A stretch of DNA of 32,000 nucleotides from Patescibacteria group bacterium (lineage in GTDB: Bacteria; Patescibacteriota; UBA1384; XYA2-FULL-43-10). Under the pieces are notes generated by a model. That model was not told where the DNA came from and searched no databases. It saw only the letters and a program-made list of their open reading frames with translations. The position numbers were made by a program, and so were the translations under genes. Shown here one piece after another: positions 23,908-31,088 of the stretch. Each line of letters opens with the position of its first letter. Within the stretch, counting starts at the first letter, position 1. The stretch is from contig JBAYVT010000006.1 of assembly GCA_041674405.1 (NCBI GenBank), positions 25,153 through 57,152 on the forward strand, read 5' to 3'.

Positions 23908-23995
23908 AATGACGAACTTTGGTCAGAATGTATCCATTGGAAATTTCATTTGAAATTAGATATTCGGATTTAGTCATTCACGCCGGAGGTGTGTT

Positions 23996-25375
23996 GTGAG
24001 GGGCAAGGACATTTTAGAAAAAGTAGTCGAGTCACCAGCAAAGGCGCTGGATGAAACGATTAAGGGTGGTGAGGCAGTTATCAGTGCTGTCGAGAAACAA
24101 GCGCCCGTGAAAAAGGCTGGAGAATTTTGGAATATTTTGGGTCCCGGTCTCACAACTGGTGCATCAGACGATGATCCTTCGGGTATTGCGACTTACTCGC
24201 AAACAGGCGCTAAGTATGGCTTTCAGCTTTTGTGGCTGGCGCCACTCACATTTCCGCTAATGGCGGTTGTTCAGGAAACTTGCGCTCGTATCGGTTTGGT
24301 GACCGGTCGCGGATTAGCAGCGAATATCCGCCAGCATTTTCCACGCTGGGTTCTTTACACTGCGACAATTTTGCTTTTTATTGCCAATACGTTCAATATT
24401 GGCGCCGATCTAGGCGCTCTGGCTGAGGCAGCAAGACTTTTCGTTCCAGATCTAAATTACTCATTGATTCTAATTGCTTTCGCGCTTTTCATTGTGCTTT
24501 TGCAAATATTCTCGACTTACAAAAAATATGCAACCTATCTAAAGTGGCTGGCACTGCTACTATTGTCATACGTTTTTTCGACCTTGATGATCAGGGGTCT
24601 TGATTGGAAGCAAATCGGCTTAAGCACTGTCGTGCCAAATCTTTCCCTTGGCCGTGAACAAATCATACTGATCTGCGGGATTCTGGGTACGACAATTTCG
24701 CCATATCTCTTCTTTTGGCAAACATCTCAAGAAGTCGAACAGGACATCTCTGACGGTAGGACGACGATTGCCGCGAGGCAGGCTTGCGCTGATCCGAAAC
24801 AAATATCCGATATGAGAATCGATGTCTGGTCGGGTATGTTTCTCTCGAACATGGTAATGTTTTTCATTGTCACTGCTTGTGCTGCAACCCTAAATGTTCA
24901 AGGAATCACGGAAATAGGCACTGCGGCCCAGGCGGCAGAAGCCCTGCGGCCACTTGCGGGAGACGCGGCTTATCTGCTTTTTGCGATCGGAATTTTTGGC
25001 ACAGGTCTCCTTGGGATTCCAGTTCTTGCCGGTTCGGCGGCTTATGCTATTTCTGAGAGTTATGGCTGGCGCTCAGGCTTAAACTATAAACTACGCCAAG
25101 CCTCGGCATTTTATGGAGTCCTGATCATCTCAATTATGATCGGCGTCGGCCTTAATTTCATCGGCCTTGACCCGATTCGGGCGCTCATTTATTCTGCTGT
25201 TGCTAATGGCTTAGTCGCGCCGGTCGTACTGGTTCTCATAGTTCTCCTTGCATCAAGCAAAAAAATCATGGGTCGTTGGGTTTCCGGGCCGGTAACAAGA
25301 GTTATCGGCTGGATTGCAACTTCTCTCATGATTATTGCAGGACTCGCAACTATTTACTCGATATTTTGGGGGTAG
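23996..25375 (+). CDS. Nramp (SLC11)-family divalent cation transporter with a non-canonical metal-site motif
   Basis: GPGLTTGASDDDPSGIATYSQTGAKYGFQLLWL aligns with Nramp TM1 (GPGxLvs.gy.DPGNiatd..aGa.fgy.LLW). Multiple (~11) hydrophobic segments. GTG start after GGAGG. Confidence 0.85.
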   Translation: MRGKDILEKVVESPAKALDETIKGGEAVISAVEKQAPVKKAGEFWNILGPGLTTGASDDDPSGIATYSQTGAKYGFQLLWLAPLTFPLMAVVQETCARIGLVTGRGLAANIRQHFPRWVLYTATILLFIANTFNIGADLGALAEAARLFVPDLNYSLILIAFALFIVLLQIFSTYKKYATYLKWLALLLLSYVFSTLMIRGLDWKQIGLSTVVPNLSLGREQIILICGILGTTISPYLFFWQTSQEVEQDISDGRTTIAARQACADPKQISDMRIDVWSGMFLSNMVMFFIVTACAATLNVQGITEIGTAAQAAEALRPLAGDAAYLLFAIGIFGTGLLGIPVLAGSAAYAISESYGWRSGLNYKLRQASAFYGVLIISIMIGVGLNFIGLDPIRALIYSAVANGLVAPVVLVLIVLLASSKKIMGRWVSGPVTRVIGWIATSLMIIAGLATIYSIFWG

Positions 25376-25380
25376 GGGGT

Positions 25381-25429
25381 GTAGACCGGACTGCAAGCGC
25401 TGTGCGCGATGCTTTTGTGTCCGGTCTAC
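25381..25429. terminator. 11-bp perfect inverted repeat between convergent genes
   Basis: gtagaccggac (25381-25391) and gtccggtctac (25419-25429), 27-nt loop with an inner gcgc-tgt-gcgc hairpin. No clear T-tract. Confidence 0.4.
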
Positions 25430-25719
25430 GGGTCTGCGCTCAGTATTGCTGCGTTTAGATCTCGCAGCTGAAGTTGTGCTGGCTTGCCTTCCGGTGTTTG
25501 GGCCGGTAGGCTTATAGCGTATCTTCCGGGGTCAAAGGTTGCTCCGTGAAACGGGTTGTGCCCTTGTCCCTTGATGCCCTCTCCATTTCTGATGAAGCCG
25601 AGAAACCTGACAATTGTGGCCGGGTTCGCCATGTTACCGTCCCAATCGACCTCAAAAACGATTTTGGGGTCGGACGGTCCGGACGGAACGAGTCGAGCCG
25701 CGATCATATAGATTGCCAT
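25426..25719 (-). CDS. Orphan 97-aa protein in a GC-rich islet
   Basis: AAAGGGGG SD 5 nt before ATG 25719. MAIYMIAARLVPSGPSDPKIVFEVDWDGNMANPATIVRF... No motif recognised. GC is clearly above the flanks. Confidence 0.5.
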   Translation of the reverse strand: MAIYMIAARLVPSGPSDPKIVFEVDWDGNMANPATIVRFLGFIRNGEGIKGQGHNPFHGATFDPGRYAISLPAQTPEGKPAQLQLRDLNAAILSADP

Positions 25720-25865
25720 ACTGACCCCCTTTCTTCTGAGCGCGGCTTGATAATAGCACTAAAATAAAAAATGTGCTATACTTTTAAATTAATTCAAAAG
25801 TCAATCCGCCAGCTGGCGGACAAACGTCAAAATTGCAACTCAAAATTAATCAATTTTTTGGGTAA

Positions 25866-26600
25866 ATGGACATCGCAGATCAAAAATTCGGAACATTATA
25901 TATCGTCGCAACACCAATCGGGAATATGGGCGATATCACTTTGCGTGCGATCGAAACGCTGAAATCGGTCGATTTGATCGCTTGCGAAGATACGCGGGTA
26001 TCGAAAAAGCTTCTCGATCATCTTGGCATCCAGAAAAAAATGATTTCACTGCACCAACATTCCGGCGAAGACAAATTTAATTTGATTCTTCGGGCTCTTA
26101 CGAGGGGAGTTAATGTCGCGTACATCACCGATGGTGGCACCCCAGGAATTTCTGATCCGGGGCAAGAATTAGCTAAGAACTTAAAACTAAAAACTAATAA
26201 CTTAGTGAAGGTAATTCCAATACCGGGACCGTCAGCTGTTGTTGCAGCGATTTCTGTCTCAGGAATGGTCGAAAAAGAATTCTACTTTGTCGGATTTTTG
26301 CCGAAGAAAAAAGGCAGGCAAACCACGTTCAAATTTTTTGAATCGTTGAATTGTCCAATTGTTATTTACGAATCAGCGATCCGGCTTCAGAAGACATTAG
26401 AAGACGTCAAGAACTATCTCGGAGGGGATACCGAAGTCTTCATTGCGCGCGAGATGACAAAAATGTTCGAGGAATATTGGGGAGGCAATATCGAACATGT
26501 CATTTCTGAACTAAAAAACCACACGCTAAAAGGGGAGATAGTGCTAATAGTCAGAAAGTCCGTAAAGTCCGTAAAGTCAATAAAGTCGAATGACAACTAA
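25866..26600 (+). CDS. rsmI: 16S rRNA (cytidine1402-2'-O)-methyltransferase RsmI
   Basis: GTLYIVATPIGNMGDITLRAIETLKSVDLIACEDTR, DGGTPGISDPG, IPGPSA, FIAREMTKMFEE. Repeat-derived internal segment at 26185-26201 and repeat-derived tail at 26555-26590. Confidence 0.92.
   Translation: MDIADQKFGTLYIVATPIGNMGDITLRAIETLKSVDLIACEDTRVSKKLLDHLGIQKKMISLHQHSGEDKFNLILRALTRGVNVAYITDGGTPGISDPGQELAKNLKLKTNNLVKVIPIPGPSAVVAAISVSGMVEKEFYFVGFLPKKKGRQTTFKFFESLNCPIVIYESAIRLQKTLEDVKNYLGGDTEVFIAREMTKMFEEYWGGNIEHVISELKNHTLKGEIVLIVRKSVKSVKSIKSNDN
26555..26590. repeat. Four tandem 9-bp AAAGTCNNN units forming the RsmI C-terminal tail and supplying the GNAT start codon
   Basis: aaagtccgt aaagtccgt aaagtcaat aaagtcgaa, then tg. 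Read in frame as KSVKSVKSIKSNDN*. The ATG at 26590 begins the next gene. Confidence 0.85.
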
Positions 26601-27177
26601 AAATTCAAAAAATGAGGGAATAAAAATCGTAGAACCGATCACAGAGCAAGACTTTTTGGATTCTATCGAGCTGGTCAGAAAAACTTTGTTCTGGGAAAAA
26701 GGGCTTCTAAATGAATTTAAGAGTTTGTCATCAGGCGAACTACTGATTGCAAAGGATAAAAATAAAATTGTGGGTGTTTTATCACAACGCAGGCCTGGGA
26801 AAATTTTTACAGATTGGCCGGAAGAATATTTTGATCTTGAAAATATTAAAAGCTCTAAAGAAGACATTGGCTATATTGCAATCATTGCCGTTGATAAAAA
26901 ATCTCAGGGAAAAGGCGTCGGCAAAAAAATGATTGCGAGCGCGCTGAAATTACAAGAAGAGTTTGGATCAAAAGCAATCGCAGTTCATGTTTCACAAAAT
27001 TCTCCGGGTGGAGCATCGGAGAAACTTTTTAGATCATTCGGTTTTGAGCCGGTTAAATTGTACGAAAAGCCGTGGGAAGAAATCTCGAAGGAAAAGGGGT
27101 TGGAAGGTTTTGTTTGCGCTTTTTGTGGCAATCCCTGCGTTTGCGACGAACTTGAGATGATCAAATATCTTAAATAA
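26590..27177 (+). CDS. GNAT-family N-acetyltransferase with C-terminal Cys cluster
   Basis: Motif A: IAIIAVDKKSQGKGVGKKMIASAL...FRSFGFEP. Tail: FVCAFCGNPCVCDE. 11-nt overlap with rsmI. Confidence 0.75.
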   Translation: MTTKNSKNEGIKIVEPITEQDFLDSIELVRKTLFWEKGLLNEFKSLSSGELLIAKDKNKIVGVLSQRRPGKIFTDWPEEYFDLENIKSSKEDIGYIAIIAVDKKSQGKGVGKKMIASALKLQEEFGSKAIAVHVSQNSPGGASEKLFRSFGFEPVKLYEKPWEEISKEKGLEGFVCAFCGNPCVCDELEMIKYLK

Positions 27178-27184
27178 CAAACAA

Positions 27185-27280
27185 CCCCGAAGGGGCCCCG
27201 TTGGGGCTAATAACCCCGAGCCAAAGGAGCCAATGGCTACCCGTTGGGTCTTCCCTTCGGAAAAGGGGTCCCTTTGGGAC
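27185..27280. repeat. Cluster of mini GC hairpins of the CCC(C)-N3-5-GGG(G) type
   Basis: ccccgaagggg, ccccgttgggg, cccgttggg, ccctt-cggaa-aaggg, gtccctttgggac. Similar gccactaagtggc-cccctttgggg at 22994-23016 and ggggataaaacccc near 12310. Confidence 0.6.
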
Positions 27281-27305
27281 TTAGAACTAATAGCTATAAG
27301 TGTTG

Positions 27306-27347
27306 ATTGAAAAAACGGACCGCCCACCCCGGAACTTCGGGTGGGCG
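27306..27347 (-). terminator. Strong intrinsic terminator of the small minus-strand ORF
   Basis: Minus strand reads ccgcccaccc gaagttccg gggtgggcgg tccgtttttt: 10-bp GC stem plus T-tract. Confidence 0.7.
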
Positions 27348-27362
27348 GCGGTGCGTCGCGGC

Positions 27363-27533
27363 CTAGCTGTCGTCGGTAGATTGAGTCTCGTCCTTGGGTT
27401 CTTTGAGTTCGCCATCGCAAGGGTCCCCGCCGTGCCCATGCTCAGGCAGAACATAGCAGGCCTGGCCCTGTGAGTCTCGGCCCTTGATGAGAGTCGCTTC
27501 GTATCCACAAATGCTGCATTTTCCCGACGGCAT
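27363..27533 (-). CDS. Small (56 aa) Cys-containing orphan protein in a GC-rich islet (below the track's size cut-off)
   Basis: AGGAGG, then 9 nt, then ATG at 27533. MPSGKCSICGYEATLIKGRDSQGQACYVLPEHGHGGDPCDGELKEPKDETQSTDDS*. Followed by the terminator above. The two longer track ORFs on this strand (27287..27580 and 27034..27420) have no SD and run through the terminator. Confidence 0.5.
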   Translation of the reverse strand: MPSGKCSICGYEATLIKGRDSQGQACYVLPEHGHGGDPCDGELKEPKDETQSTDDS

Positions 27534-27674
27534 CCATGATACCTCCTGTGTGTGTGCTTACGACTTGGATATGTTAGCACTTTTGAGTGATCCGGTCAAC
27601 GATACCGGCTTCATATTGTGGAATTTATTTAGCTTTGATAAGATCAAGTAAACTCAAGTTAGGAGATGTTTTTT

Positions 27675-29144
27675 ATGTCCGAGAAAAAAGTTTTTGTGAC
27701 AACAGCAATCGATTATGTAAATGCTAAGCCGCATATTGGCCATGCTTTGGAAAAGATTCAAGCCGATGTTCTTGTTCGCTGGAATCGTGATTCTCTTCGC
27801 AACAGCACTTATTTTCTGTCTGGAACCGATGAAAATGGGCTCAAGAACGTCCAAACTGCAAAAGCCGAAAATATGCCGGTGAAGAAATATGTTGATAGAA
27901 ATTCAACTTATTTTACTGCGCTTAAGTCGATGCTAAATCTTACATATGATCAGTTTATTCGTACAACAGAGGCAAAACATTTTGAAGGATCACAAAAATT
28001 GTGGAAAGCGTTCAAGCCGGAGGACATCTGCAAGAAAAAGTATAAAGGCTTATATTGTGTAGGTTGTGAGGAATTTAAGACAGAGAAGGATCTTGTCGAT
28101 GGCAAGTGCCCCGAGCACAATTGCCCGCCCGAAGCTGTGGAAGAGGAAAATTACTTTTTTAAGTTATCGAATTACCAAGAGCAAATTCTTGATCTGATTA
28201 GGACTGATAAAGTAAAAATTTTGCCGGAATACAGGAAAAATGAGGTTATCAACTTCATCGAATCGGGATTAAACGATCTTTCAATCTCCCGATCTGCCGA
28301 GCGGGTAGAAAATTGGGGCGTTCCAGTGCCCGGTGACGATTCCCAAATCATGTATGTCTGGATCGATGCGCTCGCCAATTACATTACGGCGCTCGATTAC
28401 GACAAAAACGGCGAACTGTTTGAAAAATACTGGTTAAATGGCAATGAGCGAATTCATATAGTAGGCAAGGGGATTCTACGTTTTCATGCAATTTATTGGA
28501 TCGCGATGTTGCTCTCGGCTGGTCTGCCGTTGCCAACGGCTGTGCTATCACATGAATATTTGACGATCAATGGCAAGAAAATTTCCAAGTCTCTTGGCAA
28601 TGTCATTAATCCGGAGGAAGTGGTTGAAAAATATGGCGTCGACGGTGCGCGTTACGTTCTTCTGACATCACTTCCATGGAGCAAGGATGGCGATATAACC
28701 TGGGAGAGGATGAGCGAGAAATATGCTTCCGATCTTTCAAACAACATCGGAAATCTGGTTCAGCGAACGATTGCGATGATCAAGAAATACGATGTGAAAG
28801 TCGAAAGTCCCGAGTCGAAAGTCCATAAAGTCGAAGGTGAGGACAATAACTTTTTTAATGAGTCAGAATTCAAAGAAGAGATCGAATCGTTGAAGATGGA
28901 GTTGGCTCTGAAGCGAGTTATTGCTTCTGCCCAATCGCTAAACCAATACATCGATGAAAATAAGCCCTGGTCCCTTGCAAAAACCGACATGGAAAAGTGT
29001 ACCGAGGTTTTAAATAATGTCCGAGATAATCTAATTTATCTTTCAGATTTTATAATGCCATTTATGCCTGAAGCAGGGAAAGGGATGAAAAAGCAGCTCG
29101 AAACTTTGGAACCAGAGCCGCTATTTCCGCGCATCGAGAAATAA
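27675..29144 (+). CDS. metG: Methionine--tRNA ligase
   Basis: HIGH (PHIGHALE), Zn knuckles CVGCEEF...CPEHNC, KISKSLGN (KMSKS). ATG 27675 is spaced properly from AGGAG (27660-27664); ATG 27666 is too close. Repeat-derived in-frame segment at 28797-28835. Confidence 0.92.
   Translation: MSEKKVFVTTAIDYVNAKPHIGHALEKIQADVLVRWNRDSLRNSTYFLSGTDENGLKNVQTAKAENMPVKKYVDRNSTYFTALKSMLNLTYDQFIRTTEAKHFEGSQKLWKAFKPEDICKKKYKGLYCVGCEEFKTEKDLVDGKCPEHNCPPEAVEEENYFFKLSNYQEQILDLIRTDKVKILPEYRKNEVINFIESGLNDLSISRSAERVENWGVPVPGDDSQIMYVWIDALANYITALDYDKNGELFEKYWLNGNERIHIVGKGILRFHAIYWIAMLLSAGLPLPTAVLSHEYLTINGKKISKSLGNVINPEEVVEKYGVDGARYVLLTSLPWSKDGDITWERMSEKYASDLSNNIGNLVQRTIAMIKKYDVKVESPESKVHKVEGEDNNFFNESEFKEEIESLKMELALKRVIASAQSLNQYIDENKPWSLAKTDMEKCTEVLNNVRDNLIYLSDFIMPFMPEAGKGMKKQLETLEPEPLFPRIEK
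28797..28835. repeat. AAAGTC oligo-repeat segment inside metG
   Basis: aaagtcgaaagtcccgagtcgaaagtccataaagtcgaa, read in frame as KVESPESKVHKVE. 28820-28835 is identical to 4037-4052. Confidence 0.75.
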
Positions 29145-29224
29145 ATTGAGTGTTCCCCCTTCGCCCTTTGGGCTTCGGAGGGACGAAACAAACTATTATA
29201 TAATCAATGTGTTTCGGAGGGTTA

Positions 29225-30073
29225 ATGCTCGAAGCAGTTATCGCTTCAATTGGATATGCGGGGGGAGTCGTTGCAGATAAAATCATTTTGTGCCGGCACA
29301 GAGTTCCGGTACTCCGATTCATTCCGTTGCTTTTCATTTGGCTTGCAATTATTTCCGCAATATTCTTACCGCTTTATGGATCGATCAATTGGAATGGCCT
29401 TTTGACTGCACAATATATTATTCTCTTTATCTTGCTCATTGTGGTTGCGGTGACCTGGAATATTTTTTATTACAAAGGAATTCAAAAAGAGGAGATTCAC
29501 GAGTTTGAACTCATTATGCTCTTATCTCCGCTGGTTACGATTCTTCTTGCCACGATATTTTTGCCAAAGGAGCGCGATTGGACAATATTCGTCGCCGCGG
29601 TTGTCGCTTCGGGAGCTCTTCTTGCTACGAGATTTCGCCATCACCATATGAAAATAGGCCGGACGGCTTGGCAAACAATGTTGGCAATGGTGCTCATGTC
29701 GGCAGAATCAATATTTATCAAGGAAATGCTTGCGGTGATGTCACCAGTTACCCTCTATTTCATCCGGACTGCAATAGTCGGGTTGGTTTTCTTGATCGCA
29801 TACCGGCCAAAATTGTTCTCAATGCCGAGAACCGCTTACGGGCTGACGATAATCTCAGCGATTTTTGGCGTGGTCCAAATGGTCTTGAAATTTTACGGAT
29901 TCGATTCGCTCGGAGTTGTCGAGACGACCATGATTTTGGTTCTTGGCCCATTTCTTGTGTATTTTGCTTCATCCTATTATTTCAAAGAGCAGCTTTATAA
30001 ACGCGATATTTTTGCTGCAGTAATCGTGATACTTTGCATCTTATTTGTGACATTCAAAAACAGCTTTTTGTAA
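29225..30073 (+). CDS. EamA/DMT-superfamily-like permease (about 10 TM)
   Basis: Two 5-TM halves, each ending in a motif like LLSPLVTILLATIFLPKE / ILVLGPFLVYFASSYYFKEQ. ATG 29225 follows GGAGGG; the track start 29207 precedes the SD. Confidence 0.6.
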   Translation: MLEAVIASIGYAGGVVADKIILCRHRVPVLRFIPLLFIWLAIISAIFLPLYGSINWNGLLTAQYIILFILLIVVAVTWNIFYYKGIQKEEIHEFELIMLLSPLVTILLATIFLPKERDWTIFVAAVVASGALLATRFRHHHMKIGRTAWQTMLAMVLMSAESIFIKEMLAVMSPVTLYFIRTAIVGLVFLIAYRPKLFSMPRTAYGLTIISAIFGVVQMVLKFYGFDSLGVVETTMILVLGPFLVYFASSYYFKEQLYKRDIFAAVIVILCILFVTFKNSFL

Positions 30074-30111
30074 AAAACGGAGCTATCAGTTATTAACTTT
30101 TGAGTTAAATT

Positions 30112-30900
30112 ATGTATATCGACACGCATGCACATTTGGATTTTCCAGAATATAAGGCCGAAGTCACTGCTGTTTTGGGCAGGGCGAAAGAGTCGGGAGT
30201 CGGGAAAATAATAAATGTTGGAGTAGATTTTGCTACGAGCAAAAAATCGGTCGAAATCGCACGACAGAATCCGGAGGTTTATGCGGCAATCGGCCTGCAT
30301 CCGGATTCGGCAGGGGATCTGGATATGGAAACAAGATCACTTCTAACTACGCTTGCCGGACAGAAAAAAGTCGTAGCAATCGGCGAGATCGGGCTTGATT
30401 ATTATTATTTGAAACGTGCTTCGAGATTTGCCAAATATCCCAAAAGAGAAGAGCAGATTTTTTGTTTCGAACAAATGCTGGATCTGGCAATTGAACTACG
30501 CCTTCCGGTAATCGTTCATTCCCGTGAGTCCGAAGCTGATACTATTTCGATACTCAAAAGTTACAAAGATAGCATTCGGGCAGTGATGCATTGTTTTTCG
30601 GGCGATTATGAGTATGCCGCGAAGATTTTAGATATGGGTTTTCTTATATCTTTTACGGGAAATATAACTTTCAATAAAAATACGCAAGCGGCCGATGTGA
30701 TAAAAAAGATTCCGCTTGGCTCAATAATGATCGAGACAGATAGCCCCTTCCTTGCGCCAGAACCTCACCGGGGAGATAGAAACGAGCCTGCATTTGTGGT
30801 AGAAGTTGCAAGGAAAATCTCTGAGATAAAAGACCTCCCGCTAGCTGAGGTTGAGAGGTCTACTACAAAGCGTGCTGAAAGTTTCTTTCGGCTTACCTAA
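30112..30900 (+). CDS. tatD: TatD-family metal-dependent hydrolase/DNase
   Basis: MYIDTHAHLDF, GEIGLDYYY, VIVHSRES, HCFSG, ETDSPFLAP. Confidence 0.9.
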   Translation: MYIDTHAHLDFPEYKAEVTAVLGRAKESGVGKIINVGVDFATSKKSVEIARQNPEVYAAIGLHPDSAGDLDMETRSLLTTLAGQKKVVAIGEIGLDYYYLKRASRFAKYPKREEQIFCFEQMLDLAIELRLPVIVHSRESEADTISILKSYKDSIRAVMHCFSGDYEYAAKILDMGFLISFTGNITFNKNTQAADVIKKIPLGSIMIETDSPFLAPEPHRGDRNEPAFVVEVARKISEIKDLPLAEVERSTTKRAESFFRLT

Positions 30901-31088
30901 TTAGATGCTCCTGTTCTATATTTCTTATTCAATTTCTTTTGTCCCGGAAGCTCTCCCTGTGGTACAATTAGATTGACATTTTGATAGTCCCACTCTGGGG
31001 AGGGGAAATGATTGAGAAAAAGCAACGTTCGCGTTACTTATTCTGCCTCTTTTGGTAGTATTTTTTGATATTAATTTTAATCATTGGA

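Noticed and set aside
27546-27674. T-box leader upstream of metG, or a metal riboswitch upstream of the Nramp gene (23908-23995)
   Set aside because: The untranslated intervals are only ~90-130 nt and lack the specifier/T-box or yybP-ykoY/M-box conserved sequences that I know. The GC-rich sequence upstream of metG is better explained by the minus-strand small ORF and its terminator.
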